NCBI GenBank assembly: GCA_035297365.1
Contig: DATGZA010000014.1
Location: forward strand, 64,001-128,000
DNA length: 64,000 bases
Reading direction: 5' to 3'
Source of the DNA: Nitrososphaeraceae archaeon
Lineage (GTDB): Archaea > Thermoproteota > Nitrososphaeria > Nitrososphaerales > Nitrososphaeraceae
In this document: piece by piece, positions 1-8,547 of the stretch
Layout: every line of letters starts with the position of its first letter
Position numbering within the stretch: position 1 is the first letter of the stretch
Notes under the pieces: model-generated
Told to the model about the DNA's origin: nothing
The model's input: only the letters and a program-made list of their open reading frames with translations
Database searches by the model: none
Program-made: the position numbers and the translations under genes

Positions 1-416
1 CGAGATGATAAAACACGTAAAGAATTGATATCAAAAGACTTGTCAACTTCATCCAAATCTTTTTTATTAAGAATTTTCATTTTATCTTCTCTTAGTTTTC
101 TTCGTTCATGTCTATAGAGAATATAAGACTTCGCAGTATCTGCAAGACCATCTTCTATTAGAATTGATTCAACTATATCCTGAACATCTTCAACACTGGG
201 AATTAAGCCCTTTTCAAATGAATTCCTAGTGATCTTTTCTAATACCTTATGACTCAACGTTTCAGCTAGTTTAAAATCTGGTTTACCAGTTGCAACCAAT
301 GCCTTGTAAATAGCATGTGATATTTTTGCTTCATCAAAATTAACAACTCTACCATCTCTTTTTTTTATTTGAAAAATAGAATTATTTTTTGGTTTGTCTA
401 CTTCAGATACTCCCAT
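1..416 (-). CDS. nrdJ: Ribonucleotide reductase, probably class II (B12-dependent); 5' part only, runs off the window
   Basis: Manual translation from ATG at 416: MGVSEVDKPKNNSIFQIKKRDGRVVNFDEAKISHAIYKALVATG...PSVEDVQDIVESILIEDGLADTAKSYILYRHERRKLR, an N-terminal ATP cone of RNR type. Class II is inferred from lineage; the catalytic core is not visible. Confidence 0.75.
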   Translation of the reverse strand, partial: MGVSEVDKPKNNSIFQIKKRDGRVVNFDEAKISHAIYKALVATGKPDFKLAETLSHKVLEKITRNSFEKGLIPSVEDVQDIVESILIEDGLADTAKSYILYRHERRKLREDKMKILNKKDLDEVDKSFDINSLRVLSS

Positions 417-450
417 ACAGCTCGCCTTCCAATTTTTTAACAATCATCAT

Positions 451-460
451 TATTTATAAG
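451..460 (-). promoter_or_regulatory. Putative TATA box of nrdJ
   Basis: Minus strand CTTATAAATA about 35-45 nt upstream of the ATG at 416. Confidence 0.45.
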
Positions 461-519
461 AATTGTGAATTGAAAATACCAATAAAAATATTATATCAGG
501 GAGGTTAGATACAATTTTA

Positions 520-537
520 AACCCTAGATTTTGGGTT
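520..537. promoter_or_regulatory. Palindromic operator candidate (NrdR-box-like)
   Basis: AACCCTAGATTTTGGGTT is an inverted repeat; its 16-bp core resembles the NrdR box acaCwAtATaTwGtgt; it lies upstream of nrdJ. Confidence 0.45.
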
Positions 538-591
538 ATTGATCCATCTAAATCATATATGTCAATAGATAGATTCTACAGTTATTTGTTA

Positions 592-2754
592 TTATATAGA
601 TATTAATGAAATCTTATGAGAACCACAATATTCACAAATTCTATTATTAGTACATTGGGATCGTTTTCCACAAATATTGCATATTGCCAACCCAAAGGTC
701 ATCCGAACAAAAGGGAGATCCAGTGATGATTCAATTAATGTTCTAACCTCTTCATCGGTAGAAATATTTTCAATATCAAGATCAATAGAAAGATTTCCTT
801 TCAGAATTTTTTCTACAGCACAGTAATGATCACATACTGATTTCAAAGAAAGATTATTTGAAAGGACATCTGTGCCTTTAATTTGAAAACCTTGTGAATA
901 GAGCTCTTGTTTATCGTTAGATGAATTGTCAGAAATTGCAATAGATTTACCGTATTTCTCATTGTCTAAACTCTTGAATCGATTTGAACTTTCATCTTTT
1001 AATATGGCTATCCCTATACTTGAATTTGATGATTCTTTAGTTTGTTCACCTATTATATCTACAGCCGTCTGTAAAACTTTACAAACAATATTTTCAGATT
1101 CGTTTCCAAATTTGTAACCTAAAATATTATAAATTGATTCATTAATTCCAACTAAATTTATCATAGCATCTATCTTACCAAGTTGTAGATTAGAAGTAAT
1201 TTTTGTTAGGAGTGGTGTAGTTCCCTTTTGTATATGCTCGGATATATTACTCACACGCTGGTAGATGACAGATATTAACGGTTTAAGCAATAACGCAAGT
1301 CTTGCTCTAAAATATGTCTCATCCCTATTTGATTGATATGCTATTCGTGGAAGATTTATTGACAAAGATTGAAGTGTTACTACCGTAGTTTTTACGGAAG
1401 GATGAACTGGTTTGCAAAGCCCGTACCTTCCCCGTATTTTTTGTTGAGAAAATGACATAATTCCACCAAGTCTAGAAATCTTTACAATTTTATCAGTGTA
1501 TTTGTAAATGGTGTTTCGGTCTTCATAGACGAGAGACAAACCAATATTAGGAATAGGTGTATTTACTATGTACCTGTAGTATCCATCAATTACGATATCT
1601 ATCAGGGACGAATTAGAGTCATCCAGATTGATAGGCAATGTGATGTAAGGGGAAAATGAGGAAACAGATGATATTGAAGATGAAAGAAAAAGGATTTTAG
1701 AAACTTTATTAACAAGATTTTCGCCTGTCTGAGCATATTTCCCAAGAAACTCGATGAGTCCTTCTAAAACCACTTCACGAGAAACCTCTCTAGTTAAAAG
1801 AGAAAGTAACAAAGGAATAATTGAATCATAATCATGTGCATTACACAATGACGTTATCCTTGAAATCCCTAGATACTTCCCTTTAATATGAGAAAGACTA
1901 TCTACTACAGAATTTAGATTGATAAAAATTGTATCAGGAAGTAAATTCCAGAAACCGCTCTTTCCAATATTAATTTCACCCATCAAATGCATGTCTACAA
2001 TATCTTTTGGGAGAGAATTATTAAGCAGATATTCAGTAAAAATTGAAGATGACGTTTTTATGAAAAGATCAGGAATTTCTACATTCGAACTTGTATCATT
2101 AATAATATTTATCAAATCTATGGGGGGTATTCCTAATCTTGCAAGTTTATTTCTATATTCATCATATCCATGATCTACTAGCACTGAATTGGTAGTTTCC
2201 CTTATTAGTGATGATGTAAGATAAGATGTTTGAATTTTGTAGATCTTATTCTCCACTTCCTCCGTAATCTTATTTGCAAGTTCCAAAGGCATATTCGCTT
2301 CACGTACTAAAGACTGAATGATTTTATTAGAATCAAATTCTTCTATCGAAGGTTTGGTAGTCCTAACATACAACTTACCGCTTTCTATTATCGATCTTTC
2401 CTCTATTTGACGAGCGAGACTTAAAACTAATTTACCTAGATTAGTTATAGTATATCTCCTTTCTGCCTTGTTAAGAGACACTAAAGATTGTCTGAGTAAT
2501 TTTCTTAGATGATAAGCAAATTTCCCAGATTCTTTCTTTGATTTAAATCCTGCTAATGATTTTAATTCGGAATAAGTTAATGGTCCCTTAGAATTTAAAA
2601 TTCTGAGAATATCAATACGATTAGGACTAGCCATGACTGAAAAAATCATTCTTACACGTCTTGAAGCTGATTCTAAAATTCCACCACGTTTCAAACTAGT
2701 CCTATTTGTGGTTTGGTATTGCACTCGCTCCATTGCACCCGTTATAATTAACAA
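592..2754 (-). CDS. ArsR-type HTH + ATP cone + degenerate class III RNR (NrdD-like) fusion
   Basis: N-terminal wHTH (NRIDILRIL..GPLTYSELKS..FAYHLRKL); ATP cone (YVRT..IEEFDSNKIIQSL); NrdD motifs (SINLPRIA, INLVGINE); C-terminal CxxC..CxxC ribbon; no glycyl-radical RxxGY loop. Confidence 0.8.
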   Translation of the reverse strand: MLIITGAMERVQYQTTNRTSLKRGGILESASRRVRMIFSVMASPNRIDILRILNSKGPLTYSELKSLAGFKSKKESGKFAYHLRKLLRQSLVSLNKAERRYTITNLGKLVLSLARQIEERSIIESGKLYVRTTKPSIEEFDSNKIIQSLVREANMPLELANKITEEVENKIYKIQTSYLTSSLIRETTNSVLVDHGYDEYRNKLARLGIPPIDLINIINDTSSNVEIPDLFIKTSSSIFTEYLLNNSLPKDIVDMHLMGEINIGKSGFWNLLPDTIFINLNSVVDSLSHIKGKYLGISRITSLCNAHDYDSIIPLLLSLLTREVSREVVLEGLIEFLGKYAQTGENLVNKVSKILFLSSSISSVSSFSPYITLPINLDDSNSSLIDIVIDGYYRYIVNTPIPNIGLSLVYEDRNTIYKYTDKIVKISRLGGIMSFSQQKIRGRYGLCKPVHPSVKTTVVTLQSLSINLPRIAYQSNRDETYFRARLALLLKPLISVIYQRVSNISEHIQKGTTPLLTKITSNLQLGKIDAMINLVGINESIYNILGYKFGNESENIVCKVLQTAVDIIGEQTKESSNSSIGIAILKDESSNRFKSLDNEKYGKSIAISDNSSNDKQELYSQGFQIKGTDVLSNNLSLKSVCDHYCAVEKILKGNLSIDLDIENISTDEEVRTLIESSLDLPFVRMTFGLAICNICGKRSQCTNNRICEYCGSHKISLISI

Positions 2755-2840
2755 GTAATTAAAACTACTTTGTAAAGTTTTTTTTACAAATAATATAATG
2801 TATTGTAATTAACCAATTGAACAAATAAAATTAATAACTG

Positions 2841-3449
2841 TTATATCAAAACTGGTTGACCTTCATGAAACTCGTTATCTTGTTCCTTGTAAATTCGTTT
2901 TTTATGTATACGAGTCGGTACTTCCGGAAGCTTGTTTTTAGTATCCTCTTCCATTGCAGATTGTACTTCATTAAGAATCTCCAATGCCTCAGCGTTTACA
3001 GGATATTGAATAGTGTCTGACTGTAAGTTTAGGTTAGTATTAATCAAAACATCTTCAGTTAAAGATGACATTTCTGAGAAAAGTAGTTTTGCTTGTGGAA
3101 CTGTATCAACTATATCTATCTGAACTTCTTTTATTGTATTAATCATTGGATTTATTGTATCTAAAATTCCAGCAAATTCGGAAATCGTAGAAAATCTAAT
3201 AACTATTACCTCCAGTGCCATTGACAATTTTTGTGTTATATTCTTTATTTTCCTAATATTTACCAATTCGCGAGCAATGACTTTAGCGTTACTAGTATCA
3301 CCGTTCTTTACGTTAATTGCAACTTTAACACATAAATCCCTATCAAGTGAGGCGAATCTTTTGTCAAGTATCCTCAGTTTAGCAAGTTGTGTATTAACAA
3401 CGACGGTTGCATGAGCAAGTCTGTTTTGAAGCTGGGGATACTTTTCCAC
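2841..3449 (-). CDS. cdvB: ESCRT-III/Snf7-like CdvB paralog
   Basis: Helical Snf7 pattern (AKVIARELVNIRK..LSMALEVIVIR..EALEILNE..KLPEVP); start uncertain. Confidence 0.7.
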   Translation of the reverse strand: MEKYPQLQNRLAHATVVVNTQLAKLRILDKRFASLDRDLCVKVAINVKNGDTSNAKVIARELVNIRKIKNITQKLSMALEVIVIRFSTISEFAGILDTINPMINTIKEVQIDIVDTVPQAKLLFSEMSSLTEDVLINTNLNLQSDTIQYPVNAEALEILNEVQSAMEEDTKNKLPEVPTRIHKKRIYKEQDNEFHEGQPVLI

Positions 3450-3546
3450 AATATCGTATTAATTTTCAGGATGTTAACTTTGATGTTAACCAATGTAGAC
3501 AATTTGATAAAGCATTATAAATTAACAAAACAGAAAATAGTTAAAT

Positions 3547-3933
3547 TCAGATTTTTTTAATTACTAGACCGTGTTTTTCATCGAATCCAGCTACCTTTAC
3601 TTTTGAACCTATAGGTAAATCTGATGGTGATTTAATCCCAGGAAGAAAACCAGACACTCTAATAAGAGCGCCTTCAAGGGAAAATACTACCCAAGCATAA
3701 CTTTCGACGTCATCAAATCCTTCGGGAGGGACGGCATGGATCGTGAAAGTAATTACTTTACCAATACCATCCAACTCTATTACATCAAACTTATTATTTT
3801 GACATTTAGTACAATAGACCATCGTTTCTAAAATAATTGTTTTACAATTTGTACATCTCCTAACTAAAATCTTCGAATTCTTTGCAGAAGATATGAATTT
3901 CTCTCTTAATCCAGAATTCAGTACGTCTTTCAC
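3547..3933 (-). CDS. DUF35 Zn-ribbon/OB-fold protein (thiolase partner)
   Basis: CxxC-x10-CxxC plus OB fold (GKVITFTIH..PPEGF); directly downstream of the thiolase. Confidence 0.85.
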   Translation of the reverse strand: MKDVLNSGLREKFISSAKNSKILVRRCTNCKTIILETMVYCTKCQNNKFDVIELDGIGKVITFTIHAVPPEGFDDVESYAWVVFSLEGALIRVSGFLPGIKSPSDLPIGSKVKVAGFDEKHGLVIKKI

Positions 3934-3942
3934 TTTACGCGG

Positions 3943-5097
3943 TTACACCTTTTTGAAAATATGAACTGCCGCACTAGCACCTGTAGCTCCAAAATTATGA
4001 GTAAGAGCTATTTTGGCATTCCTAATCGTTCTCTCTCCTGCTTTACCACTAAATTGTTCATATACCTCAACTATTTGTCCTATACCCGTTGCTCCAATTG
4101 GATGACCTTTGGACTTCAAACCCCCAGATGGGTTAATGGGAATTCTTCCTTGTCTTGATGTAGCACCATCCCTGATTTCTTTTACAGCTTTTCCCTTTTG
4201 AAAGAATCCTAAATCTTCAACATCAATTATTTCCGCTATAGTAAAACAGTCATGAACTTCTGCAAAATCTACATCCTTGGGCGAAATATTTGCCATCTTG
4301 TATGCCTGATTTGCAGCAGCAACGGTACTTGGAATAGTGTCTATTTCTTCTCGCCCTTGAACTGCTGCTGGTGAACCTCCGCGACCAGATCCTATCACTT
4401 CTATATATTCTCTGCCACTTCTTTTTGCGAATTCTTCACTACAAACAATAACTGCAGATGCACCGTCAGAAAAAGGACAGCAATCATAAAGTTTCAAGGG
4501 AGAAGCTACAACTGGAGAATTTAATACATCATCTACTGTTATTCGCTTACGCATATGTGCCTTTGGATTCAATAATCCATTTTCATGATTTTTAACCGCC
4601 ACAAGTGCTAGATCCTCTTCATTTGCTTTAAATTTAGTCATATAGGCTCTAGCAATGGACGCAAAAAGGCCAGGAAAGGAAGCACCATTACCACCTTCAT
4701 AAAAGAAATCAGAACAGTAAGAAAAGAGTGTCGTACTCTCTGTCGTTCCGGTGTGAGTAACTTTTTCCACTCCCAGAGCTAAAACACAATCATAAAAGCC
4801 AGCGGCAACATTGGCATACGCTTCTCTAAACATCACAGACCCAGAACCACATGCAGATTCTATTGTAAGACCAGGAACATGAGATATACCAAGATTACTC
4901 ATTATGACAGGAGCCATATGTACTTGTTTATCAACAACACCAAAAACGTTGGAGATATACCCAGCCTCGATATCTTTTGGTGTAATTCCTGCGGACTCTA
5001 TTGCATCTACTGAAGCATTTAATGCTATTTCAATAATACTTTCATTTAATTTACCATATTTTGTACTACCTGCTCCTAAAATGCAGACCTTATTCAC
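3943..5097 (-). CDS. Archaeal thiolase (acetoacetyl-CoA beta-ketothiolase)
   Basis: ESACGSG, EVHDCF, NPSGGLKSKGHPIGATG, HNFG motifs. Confidence 0.92.
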   Translation of the reverse strand: MNKVCILGAGSTKYGKLNESIIEIALNASVDAIESAGITPKDIEAGYISNVFGVVDKQVHMAPVIMSNLGISHVPGLTIESACGSGSVMFREAYANVAAGFYDCVLALGVEKVTHTGTTESTTLFSYCSDFFYEGGNGASFPGLFASIARAYMTKFKANEEDLALVAVKNHENGLLNPKAHMRKRITVDDVLNSPVVASPLKLYDCCPFSDGASAVIVCSEEFAKRSGREYIEVIGSGRGGSPAAVQGREEIDTIPSTVAAANQAYKMANISPKDVDFAEVHDCFTIAEIIDVEDLGFFQKGKAVKEIRDGATSRQGRIPINPSGGLKSKGHPIGATGIGQIVEVYEQFSGKAGERTIRNAKIALTHNFGATGASAAVHIFKKV

Positions 5098-5250
5098 TTC
5101 AGTGATTTATTGTGTGTATTATAAAAATGTTAGACACTATGTATATTGAAAAATAATATTTGTATATAATTTTATCAATCAATGATAAAAGCAAAAAAAT
5201 AACTTTTTTTATTTTCTACATTTTTATGGATCTATTATTCTACTAAAAGT

Positions 5251-5355
5251 ATGTCAAAAGATAACCGTAAAACACATGCATACAGTGAGAAGAGATCTAG
5301 AAGTAAAAAGATTGGAAAATTAGAACGCAGAATCAGAAAAAAACCAAAAGCATGA
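5251..5355 (+). CDS. 34-aa highly basic microprotein
   Basis: Manual translation MSKDNRKTHAYSEKRSRSKKIGKLERRIRKKPKA*; below the ORF-track cutoff. Confidence 0.5.
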   Translation: MSKDNRKTHAYSEKRSRSKKIGKLERRIRKKPKA

Positions 5356-5416
5356 TTTCTGATAAAAATATATTTCCAACCTAAAATTTATAACTATTTT
5401 TTTCTATTGAAAATTA

Positions 5417-5530
5417 TTGAAAAATAGTAATTCAAATACAAAGAAAACCACGAAAAAGGGGATAGTAATAACAGCAATAATAGTTGTTACGATAATAGCT
5501 GCTAGTTTTTTAGTTTATTTCATTCCTTAA
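5417..5530 (+). CDS. 37-aa signal-anchor peptide, possibly the truncated N-terminus of a longer membrane protein
   Basis: TTG start; MKNSNSNTKKTTKKGIVITAIIVVTIIAASFLVYFIP* has a basic N-region and one hydrophobic helix. Confidence 0.4.
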   Translation: MKNSNSNTKKTTKKGIVITAIIVVTIIAASFLVYFIP

Positions 5531-5750
5531 ATCAAAATGACAGGATAGGTAGTGATATAATCGCAGATCAATCCAGCATTCTCAGGGTTGCCTCCCGCAA
5601 GTTTGGTAAGGGTTTTTCTGATATAGGATCTATGGAGTGTGGTCAAGAATCAATTCTTTATTTCATTATCTATATCATGTTCTTGTTTTATTGCAACTAC
5701 TCTTGAAAAATCCCTTTATCTTATTAAACTTGCGTTTGGACCCCGAAGAA

Positions 5751-5849
5751 TGGCGCCGGGAGAGGGATTTGAACCCTCGGGACCATGCGGTCACAGGCTT
5801 TCTTGATGACTTTCCAGGCTTGCGCCCTTCCAGGCTAGGCGACCCCGGC
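5751..5849 (-). tRNA. tRNA-Ser(GGA) with 12-nt intron at 37/38 and encoded CCA
   Basis: GCCGGGG...TCCCGGC acceptor stem + GCCA; long variable arm GACC/GGTC; TTCAAATCC T-loop; anticodon GGA at 5813-5815; intron about 5800-5811. Confidence 0.92.
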
Positions 5850-6030
5850 ACTAAAATATGCAATAACCTTGAACCAATTTATTTAACCTTCGAAAATATA
5901 ATCTATTGGATGATTCCCTGATTTTATTTTTTCGAAAAGCAAAATTTTGGACTAAAGTCAATAAAGTATTTGTATAGATTTTCTCGAGAGATAAAATAAA
6001 AATATGGCATAAGATGAAAAATAACGGAGA

Positions 6031-6189
6031 ATGACAGGTTTAGAAATATCAGAAAACTGTAAGAAGAATAAACATGTTGATTGTAATGAATGTATGTGTA
6101 ATTGTCACATACCAGGAACAATGGAAAATTTAGCAAAAAAAATTGCTAAATTAGATAAAACTATCCCTGGTATAGGCGAGACCATATAA
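6031..6189 (+). CDS. 52-aa Cys/His-rich microprotein
   Basis: MTGLEISENCKKNKHVDCNECMCNCHIPGTMENLAKKIAKLDKTIPGIGETI*; GGAG just upstream. Confidence 0.5.
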   Translation: MTGLEISENCKKNKHVDCNECMCNCHIPGTMENLAKKIAKLDKTIPGIGETI

Positions 6190-6266
6190 AATCAACTTGT
6201 TTTTACTGGATAGAAAATCGGTATCTTATAGATCACTATTAATGGCAATGATTCAAATAACAACGA

Positions 6267-7265
6267 TTACGAATTCCAACCTTTAGGATATGTATTGGGT
6301 TTCATTATTATCCTTTTCATCTTAAATGCAATTCCATTTTTACTTACGGCTATCTGGGGGACCGACATCAGAGATTCAGCCAAACCTACTATTTCCCCTT
6401 TCAAAGTGTACACACCCACCAACTCTCCAGTATCAAGTTTTTTTGATATTTGTGATATTCCCGGAATTGCCAGTTGTGCACCATGACATAATGCATCTAC
6501 TGCGGTATCTCTAATAACCACACAAGGAATTTCAGTTAGACATACCTCTATAGGACTTATCATAATTCGTAATTTTTCTTCGTCATTCTTCTCCTTGTAA
6601 GACAAATACGCGGAATTCAAATCATGTAGTTTGACCAATCCATTTTTCTCAAAAAAATTACTTACTCTGGTGCGTCGAAGCTCCACCATTGTGGCTCCTG
6701 AACCTAATACCTCACCGATATCATAAATCAGTTTTCTTATATAAGTACCAGCTTGACACAAGATTCTCAAGAGGATAATTCTGTCACCAGATTCCACAAA
6801 TTCCAGTTCATATATTTTTCTTATTCTAGTCATTCTCTTAACGGAGGAACGTTGTGGAGGTCGTTGGTAAATATCGTCATGAAATTCTTTTAGAACAGAC
6901 TCTATCCTTTCTTTTTGTAAGTCAGAATGAATTCTTGCTATTGAATAATATTCTTTCGGACCCAGTAATAACACAGATAATGCTTTTGTACCTTCTCCTA
7001 GCCCCATTGGTAACAATCCAGTTGCAGCTGGATCTAGCGTCCCGCTATGTCCAGTTTTTTGAATATTTAACATTCTTTTTACCCATGAAGCTACCTCATG
7101 ACTGGTTGGTCCAGAAGGTTTATCAATTAATATAATACCATAATCTAGTAATTTATCAAGTGGTCTTTCGAAAGGACTATTACCATATCTGTCATCGGTA
7201 ACGTTATCACTTAACGTAATCAAATCTTGAAATTGATATAGATTTCTAAATTTCTTTTCAGTCAT
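6267..7265 (-). CDS. cbf5: H/ACA RNA-guided pseudouridine synthase Cbf5
   Basis: DKPSGPTSH, GHSGTLDP, CQAGTYIR motifs; C-terminal PUA domain. Confidence 0.95.
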   Translation of the reverse strand: MTEKKFRNLYQFQDLITLSDNVTDDRYGNSPFERPLDKLLDYGIILIDKPSGPTSHEVASWVKRMLNIQKTGHSGTLDPAATGLLPMGLGEGTKALSVLLLGPKEYYSIARIHSDLQKERIESVLKEFHDDIYQRPPQRSSVKRMTRIRKIYELEFVESGDRIILLRILCQAGTYIRKLIYDIGEVLGSGATMVELRRTRVSNFFEKNGLVKLHDLNSAYLSYKEKNDEEKLRIMISPIEVCLTEIPCVVIRDTAVDALCHGAQLAIPGISQISKKLDTGELVGVYTLKGEIVGLAESLMSVPQIAVSKNGIAFKMKRIIMKPNTYPKGWNS

Positions 7266-7340
7266 TTTCAGTAGTATTTTAAACCTCCCATAATTAATTA
7301 TTTATTGAGTATTCAGATTATTCAAAATAATAAATGAAAA

Positions 7341-7934
7341 TTAAATTTTCAGATTTTTGACGATATGTTTTGATATAGAAATTAGAGAATTGAGATCTAA
7401 AAGGTCCGTATCCAATACAAAATCAAAAACTGTCAAATCTTTCCCGAATTCATAACCATAGAGATTATGATATATTCTTACATTATTTTCATCACGCTGT
7501 AATATTATTTCTTTTGCTTGTTTAACATTGAGATTATCTCTTTTAGCCATTCTTTTAATTCTATTACTTCGAGATCCCTTTAACCATATTTTTATCGATT
7601 CCGGCACAAGCCATGGAAGTGTATAACTTGTAACTATTACATCTCCATGTCTAACTATTTCAACGAGTTTTCTATCAACCTCTATATCAAAATATGAATT
7701 TGACTCTCTTTCTTCCATGAAGTTTTTTGCTTCATCAGTATCCCACCAATCATTACCAGATACGCAATATCCTTTTTCTGATGCAAGCAACTTGAGAACA
7801 TCTCCTCCATTATATTGTCTATATCCCAGTTCTTTTGCCAAAGCAGTAGCAAGGGTTGTTTTCCCTACAGCGGGCCAACCCGAAATTACTATACTATTTA
7901 GTTTTTTGTTTTCATAGGAGATATAATCATGCAT
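7341..7934 (-). CDS. cmk: Cytidylate kinase (archaeal)
   Basis: P-loop ISGWPAVGKTT; conserved position after secY-adk-DUF106. Confidence 0.88.
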   Translation of the reverse strand: MHDYISYENKKLNSIVISGWPAVGKTTLATALAKELGYRQYNGGDVLKLLASEKGYCVSGNDWWDTDEAKNFMEERESNSYFDIEVDRKLVEIVRHGDVIVTSYTLPWLVPESIKIWLKGSRSNRIKRMAKRDNLNVKQAKEIILQRDENNVRIYHNLYGYEFGKDLTVFDFVLDTDLLDLNSLISISKHIVKNLKI

Positions 7935-7935
7935 T

Positions 7936-8547
7936 TCACGTCATACTTGGAAGAGAAGTTTTAGTAAGTTTGGCCACAATACCACTAGTTCCCAGGGAAG
8001 TAATCAGAAACCATCCCCATAAAAAAACTTCTCCTGGAATAGTACAAGCACCTTTTGGTTGTCCTTTATCATCTAGGACAGTATCTTTAGCAACATTGTC
8101 AGATGTGCACATTATCCATGGAACATGAAGTGGCGAAAGAGCAACAGTAGAGCCAAAAACTGTAGGAAATACCAAGATCCATAACATGAATGAAGGAATC
8201 ATGTATAATAGCATAGGACGCATCTGTTGTTGTTGCATTTCCATTCCCATTTTTGTCATATATGCTTGCTTTTTCTTCAGTTCACTGATCCTTTGTTTAT
8301 CTTGTTTTTTAATTGCATCTCTATACTCCTTATTGAAGTTTTTTTGTTCCTGCATGACTTTTGTCAATCTATCAATATCTGTTGTTTTTTTTCGCAATAG
8401 AGCAAATGCAAAATTCAAACCTATAGAAATAACAGTAGCAACAATCATAGAAGATACCAAATCTGGAAAAATTGGATGCTTTGTATAGGTTGGTGCCAAC
8501 CCAGGCATTTGTAAAATTAGATCGCTAATATCCATATCAACAATCAC
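7936..8547 (-). CDS. EMC3/TMCO1 (DUF106, Oxa1-superfamily) membrane protein
   Basis: TM, coiled coil, MRPML, TMs, WFLITS; adjacent to adk/secY. Confidence 0.88.
   Translation of the reverse strand: MIVDMDISDLILQMPGLAPTYTKHPIFPDLVSSMIVATVISIGLNFAFALLRKKTTDIDRLTKVMQEQKNFNKEYRDAIKKQDKQRISELKKKQAYMTKMGMEMQQQQMRPMLLYMIPSFMLWILVFPTVFGSTVALSPLHVPWIMCTSDNVAKDTVLDDKGQPKGACTIPGEVFLWGWFLITSLGTSGIVAKLTKTSLPSMT

Noticed and set aside
592-2754. Calling the 720-aa ORF a functional anaerobic RNR (nrdD)
   Set aside because: No glycyl-radical loop, no recognisable catalytic Cys motifs, and no activase nearby
3469-3491. Tandem GATGTTAAC repeat upstream of the cdvB-like gene
   Set aside because: Only two short copies in AT-rich DNA; cannot be distinguished from chance
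5637-5921. ORFs 5637-5921 (+) and 5675-5863 (-)
   Set aside because: They overlap tRNA-Ser and are artefacts of GC-rich tRNA sequence
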